A DNA stretch of 64,000 bases from Thermoplasmata archaeon (GTDB lineage: Archaea; Thermoplasmatota; Thermoplasmata; Halarchaeoplasmatales; Halarchaeoplasmataceae): contig JAWOAU010000024.1 of NCBI GenBank assembly GCA_046498385.1, positions 99 to 64,098 on the forward strand, read 5' to 3'. The notes beneath the pieces were generated by a model, which searched no databases, was not told where the DNA came from, and saw nothing but the letters and a program-made list of their open reading frames with translations. The position numbers and the translations under genes were made by a program. Of the stretch, positions 26,631-35,922 are shown piece by piece (the first letter of the stretch is position 1; the number at the start of each line of letters is the position of its first letter).

Positions 26631-28327
26631 TTCAGAGCACACTCCACATATTCACGATCAAGTTTTCCCCTGGAGGTTTTTGTCTGGTATATCCTCTCGG
26701 GCATTCGGATATCCTTCATGTCGAACCCCAGTTCCTTTTTCAACTTCAGCTTTTCAAAGTATATGTCTTCCCCTAATTTTCTTAGATCCTCGCCGTCCAT
26801 ATCTATGCCCAGGGGTTTCATAGCTCGGAGGATGGTGTCTTCGTCGTAAACACCTCTGGCGAAGTAGCACAGCACGAGACTGGAGATCATCTGACGCTGC
26901 TGTTCCTCTTCCATCAGCATATCCACCAGTTCTTCCGGTCCTGGCTTTTCATCCATCTTCTGGTCTGTGGAGTATCCTGCATTGTCCAGGTGACTGTGCC
27001 TTTGTGCGATGGTACGGCCTATGACCGCGGCGGGGCCGGTGTGATAGCCCGGCATCTCATTGCCGCCGAAGGCCAGGGCGTATTCCTCACCTCCGTATAC
27101 CTGAGAAGCGTGCCGCACACCTTTGGCCAAGTGTTCATAAAAGTCGTTCTGCTGATCTATGATATGGTCTATCGCCTTGAGATAAGATCCCCGGTTTCCG
27201 AATTCCAAGCGTTCCAAGGTCTGTTCAACGGAGATAATACCATTTTCCAGTGCCTCGGTTGCCCATGCTAAACACACTCCGGTGCTCATGGCGTCCAAGC
27301 CGTGTATCTCCACCCTGTGGATCAATCTAAGCAAGTCTTTTTTGGACTCTAGACCCAGCATGGACCCGAGCGCGTAGATCAGTTCGTAATCGTAGGATAT
27401 CATGTAGGTCTTATAGAAATATGGCTTATCGTCATAGGGCTCCCTGAGATTGGCTATGTGGATGCACGCTATGGGACAGTTGTTGCACGCTACCCTTCTA
27501 CCGATACTTTCTGCAAGGCTCTCGCCGCTCAACTCGTTGGCATGTTCCGATGAAGTTTTCTGCAAATTTTCAGTTGGAAGTGCTCCGATTTCGTTCAGGG
27601 AGGCGACGTTGACCGCGGTACCGAGGAGGTGGTACTTGTCCATGGCATCGGACTCTACCGCTTTTTCGTATATCTCATCGTATATCTCCCGGTATCCCTT
27701 TTTATCCTCTACCATCCTACTGCCGTCTCCGATCATGACCATACCCTTCAGATTCTTGGAGCCGAAGACCGCTCCCAGACCCAGTCGTCCGAAGTGCCTG
27801 TAGGTTTCCGTGGTTACGTTGGCATAACGGACCATCTTCTCTCCGGCACCACCGATACGTAGGACCGCCCTTTTCCCCCTTTTCTCTTCCTTCTCCGCTA
27901 GTATCCGGCCGACGATCAAGGAATTGCCTATACCCCATATCGCCGAGGCATCGCGAAATTGTACTTCGTCGTTATCCACCACCACGTATATGGGCTTCTT
28001 GCTCTTTCCCCGAACGGTTACCGCATCAAAGCCCGCGTTCTTTATACTCGTGCCGGCTCGACCACCTGCATGGCTTTCGCCCAGATTTCCCGTCAGGGGG
28101 CTCTTGAACATGGAAACACACTTTGACCCCACGGGATAAGCGGAGTTAAAGGGTCCCACGGAAAGGACGAACATATTTTCTTCGCCCAAGGGGTCACAGT
28201 CCTTGTTTTCCATCTTTTCCTTCATCAACTGAGTGGCGAGGCCTACGCCCCCGAGCCACGGGTCAAGGTCGCTTCTCTCTTCTATATCATAATCAAAGCG
28301 CGATAGATCGATGTTCAATATCCTCAT
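26600..28327 (-). CDS. aldehyde:ferredoxin oxidoreductase family (tungsten/molybdopterin) enzyme
   Basis: N-terminal AFOR_N-like MRILNIDLSRFDYDIEE...LGGVGLATQLM. 575 aa. Confidence 0.75.
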   Translation of the reverse strand: MRILNIDLSRFDYDIEERSDLDPWLGGVGLATQLMKEKMENKDCDPLGEENMFVLSVGPFNSAYPVGSKCVSMFKSPLTGNLGESHAGGRAGTSIKNAGFDAVTVRGKSKKPIYVVVDNDEVQFRDASAIWGIGNSLIVGRILAEKEEKRGKRAVLRIGGAGEKMVRYANVTTETYRHFGRLGLGAVFGSKNLKGMVMIGDGSRMVEDKKGYREIYDEIYEKAVESDAMDKYHLLGTAVNVASLNEIGALPTENLQKTSSEHANELSGESLAESIGRRVACNNCPIACIHIANLREPYDDKPYFYKTYMISYDYELIYALGSMLGLESKKDLLRLIHRVEIHGLDAMSTGVCLAWATEALENGIISVEQTLERLEFGNRGSYLKAIDHIIDQQNDFYEHLAKGVRHASQVYGGEEYALAFGGNEMPGYHTGPAAVIGRTIAQRHSHLDNAGYSTDQKMDEKPGPEELVDMLMEEEQQRQMISSLVLCYFARGVYDEDTILRAMKPLGIDMDGEDLRKLGEDIYFEKLKLKKELGFDMKDIRMPERIYQTKTSRGKLDREYVECALNYFKGLMEEC

Positions 28328-28764
28328 CCTCTCACCTCCAATTTACTGCGATCTACCTCTTTGTAACTCAATACATCATGCGGACAATAGGCTTCACAGT
28401 ACCCGCAGTGTACACAGACGGCTATCTTACCGTCTTTCTTTTTGAATATGGCATCCAATGAGCAGGCTTGGATACAGTTACCGCATCCGATACACTCACT
28501 TTCATCATAATTCACCCCTCCACCGTCTCTGGGAAGCAGTGCATCCGTGGGGCAGACCTTGGCACATGGAGGTTCGGGGCAGGCCCTGCACACTATCAAC
28601 TTTGCTCCTCTCTCGAAACCGCTCTTACTGGTTGCCAGTATGGCAGACGATTCTATCCCCGCTTCACCGAACCTCCGTGCGCAGGCGTACATGCATAAAC
28701 CACATCCAACACAGTTTTCGTCATCCTCGATTATCAATTGTTTCATAGCTTCGACGCCTCGCAC
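28324..28764 (-). CDS. 4Fe-4S ferredoxin-domain protein (poly-cluster), AOR partner
   Basis: Several CxxCxxCxxxCP-type motifs (CVGCGLCMYAC, CRACPEPPCAKVCP, CIGCGNCIQAC, CVHCGYCEAYCP). Overlaps the AOR start by 4 nt. Confidence 0.8.
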   Translation of the reverse strand: MRGVEAMKQLIIEDDENCVGCGLCMYACARRFGEAGIESSAILATSKSGFERGAKLIVCRACPEPPCAKVCPTDALLPRDGGGVNYDESECIGCGNCIQACSLDAIFKKKDGKIAVCVHCGYCEAYCPHDVLSYKEVDRSKLEVRG

Positions 28765-28905
28765 TTTAATCTATACCATCACTTTAAAATTTTACGGATG
28801 TTTTAAATGGGACTATATAATCTACATGTAGCAACCAAACTAATAATCAACAAAAGCTATGTTGGGGATAGGAAACCGGATAACTTGCAAAAGAAAAGAA
28901 CCCTG

Positions 28906-30465
28906 ATGAAGGGATGTAAAACGTTGGCGAAAAAGAGCTACGATCCTCTCATATTTTTATGCACATTTCTACTGATCCTACCGATCATCGGTCCGATATC
29001 GACGGGGGCAGATAGGGGTTACGTACTTCCGTCAGATGAAGATACAGAAGCCGTTGATAGATATTTACAGGACCCACTCTACGATGCCATGCCCGAGGCG
29101 CTAGAGGCCCTGGAATCGGACGACGTAGTAATCGTCACGGATAACGAAGATGAGATCATATTCGAACCCGCCGACGGAGAATACGATATAGGTGCGATAA
29201 TATATCCCGGAGGCAGCGTGGATCATCGTGCATACGCACCGGGTGCCCGGGCTATCGCCGCCCAAGGGTATTTTGTTGCCATTCTGTATTTCCGCTTCCA
29301 ACCGATTTTTAATCCAGAAAAGGCGGGCGATGTAATGGATGCCTACCCGGAGATGGAATACTGGTCCATAGGCGGTCATTCTTTAGGAGGAGTAGCTGCG
29401 GGAACATTCTATGGAGAAGGGAGGGCAGACGGTCTTTTCTTTTGGGCGTCCTATCCCAGCGATGACCTATCCGATGAGGAAGGGGAGTTTTTATCTGTAT
29501 ACGGAGATAGGGATGGTTTGACTACGTTGGAGGATATAGAGGATAGTAAAGGAAATCTGTCGGAAGATACGGTGTTTGCGGAGATAGTAGGCGGTAATCA
29601 TGCACAGTTCGGCTATTACGGTCCCCAGGACGGAGATAACGAGGCAAATATAACCCGGGAGGTGCAGCATGAGATAATGGTTAACGAAACGTTGACACAC
29701 CTTGCCAAGATAGGAGGATGCCAACTCCGGATAAGCACCGGTGGAGAAGGTACGACTGATCCTGAGGTCGGTATCCATCGGCACGAGTACGAGGACGAAG
29801 TGATGCTTACCGCATATCCTGAACCCGGATGGGTCTTCAGCCGCTGGTCCGGGGACTTATCCGGCACGGATGAGCAGATCACTATAACTATGGATAGGAG
29901 CAAGACCGTCGTTGCAAACTTTACCGAAGAAGGGGTGTCGACAAAGGATATACAACTTTACGCCGGAGGGGATGCAGGCGGATGGAACTTTGTGTCCTTC
30001 AACCTTGCTCCCGTTGATACCGACTTGGAGTTCTTGTTGGAGCATGCTGAATATGGTATCTCCGGTTTCTACGAACAGGTGATTTACTACGACTCATCCT
30101 CGGGTAGATGGAGTTCCTATATACCCGGAAGAGAGGAGCATTTCAACAGTTTGCAGAGTTGGGATAATTCTATGGGAGCATGGATACGGGTCACCGGTGA
30201 TGTAACACTTACCGTAGCCGGTGAGGAACCCGTTAGCACCGATATCACCCTGGAACCCGGGTGGAATATGGTGGGTATGCCAGGCCAGGGTACCGGAAAT
30301 CACGGACTCCCCGAAGAGGTTTCATGCATCGGTTACTTCCACGGTCATGAAGAAACTAACCTAGCATATACCAATGAAGTAACGACCTTCGTGTTCGAAC
30401 CAGGCGAGGGATACTGGTTGTACAACAGCGCCTCGGATACGGCGGTATGGACCGTTGAGTACTAG
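28906..30465 (+). CDS. secreted alpha/beta-hydrolase (GHSLGG lipase/esterase motif) with a bacterial-repeat domain and a C-terminal ~160-aa module shared with two other surface proteins
   Basis: Signal peptide after MKGCKT. YWSIGGHSLGGVAAG serine elbow. AYPEPGWVFSRWSGD is a List_Bact_rpt-like repeat. C-terminus ...GWNMVGMPG...GEGYWLYNSASDTAVWTVEY*. Confidence 0.65.
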   Translation: MKGCKTLAKKSYDPLIFLCTFLLILPIIGPISTGADRGYVLPSDEDTEAVDRYLQDPLYDAMPEALEALESDDVVIVTDNEDEIIFEPADGEYDIGAIIYPGGSVDHRAYAPGARAIAAQGYFVAILYFRFQPIFNPEKAGDVMDAYPEMEYWSIGGHSLGGVAAGTFYGEGRADGLFFWASYPSDDLSDEEGEFLSVYGDRDGLTTLEDIEDSKGNLSEDTVFAEIVGGNHAQFGYYGPQDGDNEANITREVQHEIMVNETLTHLAKIGGCQLRISTGGEGTTDPEVGIHRHEYEDEVMLTAYPEPGWVFSRWSGDLSGTDEQITITMDRSKTVVANFTEEGVSTKDIQLYAGGDAGGWNFVSFNLAPVDTDLEFLLEHAEYGISGFYEQVIYYDSSSGRWSSYIPGREEHFNSLQSWDNSMGAWIRVTGDVTLTVAGEEPVSTDITLEPGWNMVGMPGQGTGNHGLPEEVSCIGYFHGHEETNLAYTNEVTTFVFEPGEGYWLYNSASDTAVWTVEY

Positions 30466-30523
30466 CGCCGTACAATGAGCGACCCGGTATGATTTATATA
30501 ACCCTGGTTCATACCCCCCTTTA

Positions 30524-30937
30524 ATGCCTTTACTTACACCTTTTCAAGCGGCCGTAGGCGGGGTATGTGTCATACTTATATACGGCATAGTAGTGGAAAA
30601 GCATTATGTGAGCAAAAGTACCGTCTTTTACAACATCCTCTCCCTGCTGTTACTTTTAGCTTCCATAAACCTTCCCTACGCGGTACTGGTCGGTATGATA
30701 ATTTATCTTATAATAGGATACGTGGTAATGAAGATGCATGTTAAAGCACTGTTCCCCGCCTTCGGAGCGAAGACCTACGGTTCACTCGCCCTTGTCCTTA
30801 TCCTCCATGGAGAAGGGTTCATCCCTTATATGGGGGGTAGAGAGCTTCATGAGACCCTGCTCATCCTGGTAATATTTTGGATGTCAGCTGCACTGATGGT
30901 AAACCTGATAGGCTACCTGTACAAAAGACATTTTTGA
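30524..30937 (+). CDS. small polytopic membrane protein (hypothetical)
   Basis: 137 aa, ~4 predicted hydrophobic helices. Confidence 0.35.
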   Translation: MPLLTPFQAAVGGVCVILIYGIVVEKHYVSKSTVFYNILSLLLLLASINLPYAVLVGMIIYLIIGYVVMKMHVKALFPAFGAKTYGSLALVLILHGEGFIPYMGGRELHETLLILVIFWMSAALMVNLIGYLYKRHF

Positions 30938-30948
30938 ACAACGTCTTC

Positions 30949-32094
30949 TCAGCGTCCTTGTTCGGACTTCAAGGACCTTGTCAATTTTTCATTCTGCTCA
31001 GTGTTACCGATCACCACGATGATATCTCTCTCCTTTATGGTCGCTTCGGACGGAGGGTTGGTGACGAGCTTCCAGTTTTTAGGATTCCCTTTCCTCCTTC
31101 CTCTAGACGGCTGATATTTTCCTATGGCTACCATGAGAGGACCCTTTATGGTTCGCATCTTTTTTTGGAAGGCCCCAACGGTCATGCCATTGGCATAGGA
31201 ATTCGTTGAAATGATATACTGCTGAACGTCGTAACCGGAAGTAGAGGTGGTGATATCCTCGACGAAGCGTGCTACTTCCGGTTCAAAGGCGGCGCTAGCG
31301 ACCATGCGACCGGCCATCTCGGAAGGTGAAGTTACGTAGGTCACTCCGGCGGAGTAAAGGGTCTTTTTCAACTCTTCGTTCTTGATGGACACTATCATCC
31401 TAGCATCGGGGTTCATCTCCTTGACGCTGAGTGAAATGATCAGGGATTCCGAATCATCGTCTGTGACTATGACTATGGTCTTGGCATTTTGTATATTCGC
31501 TCTTTTCAGCACATTCTCGTTTTTATAGTCACCAAAAACGGTGTAAAGATACTTTTTATCACCAAAATCCCGGATCTTGGTTATCTCTTCCCTTTTATCG
31601 GCGATGACCACTGTTTTCTGCTTGGTAGCCATCAATTCCTCCAGCGTAATCTTACCAATATTGGTCCAACCGCAGATGATCACATGATTTTTGAAATCTG
31701 TTCCTTCCATACCTAACACCTTTCTTTCTCTTGCTTCGTTGAATGCATCGGATACATTACCTATCATAGCGCCTAAAAATGTAAAAGTGAACACTATTAG
31801 GAAAAAAGATGCGATCTTGCCTTGGGTGGTCACCGGATATTTATCACCGTATCCAACGGTGGACAAAGTAACGATAGAGTACCAAAATGAGTCGGCAAAA
31901 TTATCCGGGCCGCTGTATCTGTCATCTCTTTCCCCAGGGTCTTCATATTCGAACACAAAGAAAAAAACAGAACTCAAAATGAACACCACCATGAACAGGA
32001 CTATGAGTTTCCAGATACGACGGATGAAGAATTTGAAGACCATATCATTGGAAGCAGGTGTCATGCTTGATATAAATTTTTTTGTATCGTCCAA
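30949..32094 (-). CDS. potassium channel (2-TM pore, TVGYGD filter) with cytoplasmic RCK/TrkA-N domains (MthK-like)
   Basis: LSTVGYGDKYP selectivity filter. HVIICGWTNIGKI Rossmann motif of TrkA-N. Confidence 0.8.
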   Translation of the reverse strand: MDDTKKFISSMTPASNDMVFKFFIRRIWKLIVLFMVVFILSSVFFFVFEYEDPGERDDRYSGPDNFADSFWYSIVTLSTVGYGDKYPVTTQGKIASFFLIVFTFTFLGAMIGNVSDAFNEARERKVLGMEGTDFKNHVIICGWTNIGKITLEELMATKQKTVVIADKREEITKIRDFGDKKYLYTVFGDYKNENVLKRANIQNAKTIVIVTDDDSESLIISLSVKEMNPDARMIVSIKNEELKKTLYSAGVTYVTSPSEMAGRMVASAAFEPEVARFVEDITTSTSGYDVQQYIISTNSYANGMTVGAFQKKMRTIKGPLMVAIGKYQPSRGRRKGNPKNWKLVTNPPSEATIKERDIIVVIGNTEQNEKLTRSLKSEQGR

Positions 32095-32103
32095 GACAGG
32101 TTT

Positions 32104-32370
32104 GTGAACATACTTGTTAGAGGCAGCCTTGATGACGAATATGTTCTCATGAACGGCCTTGACGAGAATACATCGGGATACGGTGGATTAGCCGTTCCCG
32201 ATGCCGACAGTGGCGCCGGCGTGGGAGAAGAGGATACACACTGTCTGAAATGTAATGCAATATTCGAAGAAGACGGAGTGGATGTCGAGGAAATCGATAA
32301 AGAAGATGATGTCTTTGACCCGGAAGGTATGGACGAAGATGATATTGATGTTGAATTAGGACTGGATTGA
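32104..32370 (+). CDS. small acidic protein with a CxxC motif (hypothetical, doubtful)
   Basis: 88-aa ORF, D/E-rich. Ends 2 nt before the tRNA-Gln 3' end. Could be noise. Confidence 0.2.
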   Translation: MNILVRGSLDDEYVLMNGLDENTSGYGGLAVPDADSGAGVGEEDTHCLKCNAIFEEDGVDVEEIDKEDDVFDPEGMDEDDIDVELGLD

Positions 32371-32372
32371 AT

Positions 32373-32444
32373 AGCCCCGCCCGGATTCGAACCGGGGACT
32401 CGGGCTCCAAAGGCCCGAATGATTGACCGCTACACCACGGGGCT
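32373..32444 (-). tRNA. tRNA-Gln (anticodon UUG)
   Basis: Minus-strand sequence AGCCCCGTGGTGTAGCGGTCAATCATTCGGGCCTTTGGAGCCCGAGTCCCCGGTTCGAATCCGGGCGGGGCT. Acceptor AGCCCCG/CGGGGCT. Anticodon arm CGGGC-CTTTGGA-GCCCG. T-arm CCCGG-TTCGAAT-CCGGG. Confidence 0.85.
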
Positions 32445-32486
32445 ATGTAAGTAGGCGAGTGGTTATTGGAATCTTTGATTCCGAGC

Positions 32487-32508
32487 CACCACGGGGCTAT
32501 GTAAGTAG
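32487..32508 (-). repeat. 22-nt direct repeat of the tRNA-Gln 5' end plus leader, ~50 bp upstream of the gene
   Basis: caccacggggctatgtaagtag occurs at 32434-32455 (tRNA nt 1-12 plus 10 nt of 5' leader) and again at 32487-32508. Confidence 0.7.
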
Positions 32509-32550
32509 ATTTGTTTAGGGTGTGGACACAGAGCAAAGATATAAATCTTT

Positions 32551-34284
32551 TCAAAGGAGAGATAGAACAACGCTGGTAGCCAAGAACTGTATTACAAAGG
32601 ACATCCCTCCGGCGATGGGTGCCACCCGGTAGACAGTCTCGATAACCGCTGTTAATCTGTGGCTTCCCAGGGGACCCATCAAGGGGAAATTCTTCAATAT
32701 GCCTTTATTCACCCCGATCTGAACCGGTTCTATGTCCCGGACGGCTTCCTCTGTTACATTTCTAACCTCTTCCGCTATCAAGGAGTGGTCCATGGATAGG
32801 CCTACCGGGTTGTAATCTTTTACCAGTGTATTAACTTCATGGCTGTCTGTGGTATGTACTTCGGAGATATCTACTAGATCTGATATCTCCTCTTGGATAT
32901 TTTCCCTAAGACCGTTTTCCATATTGTTACCGTCTATCAATACGAGTGCGTTCTTCCTGTGGTTTACTTCAAAGACAGCAACCTTGATACCTTCACCTGC
33001 GATACCTTCGGATTTAACGTAGCCATCCATAGATGCCGTACCCATACCCACTAGTCCCATATTTTTTTCTTTCAACTTATCTATTATATCGTTTGTTCTC
33101 TCGACTATTTTTCTATATCGACGGGATGGGTAGTAAACCTCAATGGCACCTTTTTTAACACAGTTGTGGGCATCCACGAACCCGATGCGAGAATAGCCCT
33201 TTTCCCGGGCATTTAAGGACACTATCTCACCTATGGGCGCGTCTATATCTTCGGTAGGATGGGGAGAAAAAGAAACTGTCAGAAAAACACCTTCGCCCAG
33301 TACTTGGGCACCTACGAACAATTCCCGATGGGTATTGAAGAAAGACGTACCTACGTTGGTATAGTTCATATTTTCAAAGGATTTTTTAATCTCCTCCACC
33401 AGCTCCAGGCAGTCCTCCTTACGTATTGGGTTTTGAACATGTGTAGAGCAGCCATGGAAAGTGAAAACCATACCGTGTTCCTTCCGCATTTCTTTTGAAA
33501 GTAATTCAGGCAGCATGGAACCAGCTATACCCTTGATCGGTCCGGGATGAAGTTCGGGTATAACAAACAATGCTTTTTCCTTCTCATCCGTTTTAAAGGA
33601 AAATACGGTGAAGTTAACATCGGATTTGATGGAAGTTCGCCTGAAGATACCTTCAAGCTCCTCTTTACCTTTCTCCTTCCCCGCGTAAAGCCGGTAGGAT
33701 GTTCTGATGAGGTCCATTCCTGAAATGTTGAAATCCTTCAGGAAAGGGCGGTTTATCAATGCGATAAATGACATCACCGACGAAAGCCCTACCATTATCA
33801 GGAGAGTAAACAGAACCAAATCAACCATTCTTAAAGGATAGAACATGTGTATGAGCGGTAGGGCTACTATAGATTGAAAGAGAGTATGGAGTAAAGGCTT
33901 GAAGGGATGAGAAATAAAGACCGTCCTGAAAACAAGGTATCGAAGAGAGACCGGTATTGCATATCCCACCAGAATTATAACCGGAACGCTCAATTGTAGA
34001 ATATCGTATAAAACTATGAAAAATGATGTTATAACCAAAGAGACGAGGGCAAGTAAAAAACTCTGATGTATGCGCATCCGCTCTTCGTACCAGCCCATAT
34101 ATGGTATGACGAGGGCTGAAAATATGGTTGGAAAAACGATTATCAAGAATACGTCTATCAACTTATTCGTTTTCCAGGGGTAAAGGGCAAACCAGGTAGC
34201 AACATAAACCAGCAGTATGGCACCTATAGTCACGCGTACGTTAGGAGATTTAAAAAAGGACAAACGGTACGTCCTTTCAGTCAC
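32551..34284 (-). CDS. archaeal polytopic membrane protein with a large cytoplasmic domain (DUF2070-like)
   Basis: 577 aa. ~8 N-terminal TM helices then a soluble domain. Resembles the archaea-specific DUF2070 family (recall-level). Confidence 0.45.
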   Translation of the reverse strand: MTERTYRLSFFKSPNVRVTIGAILLVYVATWFALYPWKTNKLIDVFLIIVFPTIFSALVIPYMGWYEERMRIHQSFLLALVSLVITSFFIVLYDILQLSVPVIILVGYAIPVSLRYLVFRTVFISHPFKPLLHTLFQSIVALPLIHMFYPLRMVDLVLFTLLIMVGLSSVMSFIALINRPFLKDFNISGMDLIRTSYRLYAGKEKGKEELEGIFRRTSIKSDVNFTVFSFKTDEKEKALFVIPELHPGPIKGIAGSMLPELLSKEMRKEHGMVFTFHGCSTHVQNPIRKEDCLELVEEIKKSFENMNYTNVGTSFFNTHRELFVGAQVLGEGVFLTVSFSPHPTEDIDAPIGEIVSLNAREKGYSRIGFVDAHNCVKKGAIEVYYPSRRYRKIVERTNDIIDKLKEKNMGLVGMGTASMDGYVKSEGIAGEGIKVAVFEVNHRKNALVLIDGNNMENGLRENIQEEISDLVDISEVHTTDSHEVNTLVKDYNPVGLSMDHSLIAEEVRNVTEEAVRDIEPVQIGVNKGILKNFPLMGPLGSHRLTAVIETVYRVAPIAGGMSFVIQFLATSVVLSLL

Positions 34285-34313
34285 GAGGACTTCGTCGTCC
34301 TCAATACCGCTGC

Positions 34314-35054
34314 TTATATTTCTTTTATCGTTGATATCAAACCCTCTAAAGTTTGTTTTATGTCTTTGTTTTCTTCGATCACAGTACCGGTGACTATGAT
34401 ATCCGCCCCTGCACGCCCTACCTCCAAGGCTTGTTCCTTCGTGCGTATCCCGCCGCCTATGAAGAGGGGTATGTCTATGGCGGATTTCACCTCCCTGACC
34501 ATCTCCGAAGGTACCGGGGAGGGTGCGCCGGAACCGGCTTCGAGATAAAAGAAATGCATACCAAGATATTGAGCGGCCAGCCCATAGGATATAGCCAACC
34601 CAGGGCGGTCCCGGGGTATGAGTTCACAATCGCCTACCCTACCCACGGTCATTCCCGGTTCAACGACCACGTAGGCTAGAGATATGGGTTCAAGGTCTAT
34701 TCCTCGTATGATGGGGGCGCCTTTTACCTGTTCTCCGGTGATCTTTTGCCTGTCCCGTGAGTTCAATATACTCATAAAATATATGGCATCGGCACGTGGT
34801 GTTATGGTCTCCGCATTGGTGGGGAAAATTATCACGGGCAAAGAGACCTGTTCTTTTATCAACTCTACCGTCTTGTCCACCTCTTCGATCTCTACACCAG
34901 TAGACCCGCCGATCATGATCGCATCGCTTCCCACCTCTTCCAGGATGAGGGCTATCTCAAGAGCTACTTCGGGGTTCTGCTCCTCGGGATCGATGAGGCC
35001 CATGTGAATTTTTTCCGATTCCAATCGTTTCATTATGTAATCTTCTACGTTCAT
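34314..35054 (-). CDS. geranylgeranylglyceryl phosphate synthase (PcrB/GGGPS family)
   Basis: MGLIDPEE...IMIGGSTGV...FFYLEAGSGAP...LFIGGGIRT...GADIIVTGT TIM-barrel signatures. Confidence 0.8.
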   Translation of the reverse strand: MNVEDYIMKRLESEKIHMGLIDPEEQNPEVALEIALILEEVGSDAIMIGGSTGVEIEEVDKTVELIKEQVSLPVIIFPTNAETITPRADAIYFMSILNSRDRQKITGEQVKGAPIIRGIDLEPISLAYVVVEPGMTVGRVGDCELIPRDRPGLAISYGLAAQYLGMHFFYLEAGSGAPSPVPSEMVREVKSAIDIPLFIGGGIRTKEQALEVGRAGADIIVTGTVIEENKDIKQTLEGLISTIKEI

Positions 35055-35872
35055 ACTATTCCTCCGATAAAGAATGCAACCAGGGCTGCACTCATTGCGA
35101 CTTTTATCAAACGCTGTGCACGTCTTGGTTCTTTGAGATGGAATATGGAGTATATAAAAATTATATCTGCCCCTATGACTATCAACAAATAAGAAAGGGG
35201 GAGCATGGAAAATAGGTAGGGTAGGGGAGACAGCATTACCGCGGAGATAACAAAGCCAGCCACCAAGTGTCGTGACCTTGTCTTTCCGATCCTCATGGGT
35301 AGTGTCTTTCGGTCGAAATCACCCCGCATATCCTGGATGTCCTTGGTCACTTCTCTCCCCAGGGTCGATAAGCCTGCAAGGAGGCCGATTATGGACGGAA
35401 GTAATATATTGCCGTATACTGCTCCTGCGAAAACGAACAAAAGACCTGTTAGAGCGGATATGATCATATTCCCGCTCAGACCTAATTTTTTAAGCATCAA
35501 CTCGTAGGATATAATCATGGCTATAGCCATGACTACTATCAGCTTAGGTAATATGTCTGGTAATAATAGGGACGAGGAAAAGGACAGTACAAACATGATC
35601 CCGGATAAGGCAAGAGCACTTTTGGGAGATATCTTTCCGGAGGATATGGGCCGATCCGGATGATTTATACGGTCCACCTTTCTATCGATATAATCATTGA
35701 GGACATTACCTCCCGCTGTAAAGGTAAATACAACGATCATACCGATAGCGGTTACGGTCCAGGAAGGCCAACCTCCCCTTTCCATTCCGTACAGCGTGAT
35801 CAATATTATGGGAACGCTGACAGATGCTAGAAAGCAGTTCAACGGCCTCAATAATTTAACGATATATTTCAT
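35051..35872 (-). CDS. UbiA-family prenyltransferase: digeranylgeranylglyceryl phosphate synthase
   Basis: 273 aa, ~8 TM. LRPLNCFLASVSV N-terminus. NDYIDRKVDRINHPDRPI Asp-rich motif. Overlaps the GGGPS start. Confidence 0.75.
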   Translation of the reverse strand: MKYIVKLLRPLNCFLASVSVPIILITLYGMERGGWPSWTVTAIGMIVVFTFTAGGNVLNDYIDRKVDRINHPDRPISSGKISPKSALALSGIMFVLSFSSSLLLPDILPKLIVVMAIAMIISYELMLKKLGLSGNMIISALTGLLFVFAGAVYGNILLPSIIGLLAGLSTLGREVTKDIQDMRGDFDRKTLPMRIGKTRSRHLVAGFVISAVMLSPLPYLFSMLPLSYLLIVIGADIIFIYSIFHLKEPRRAQRLIKVAMSAALVAFFIGGIV

Positions 35873-35922
35873 AGACCTCCATCAAAAAACCCTTCGCTTT
35901 AAAAATCTTTGGTAAGATAGGT

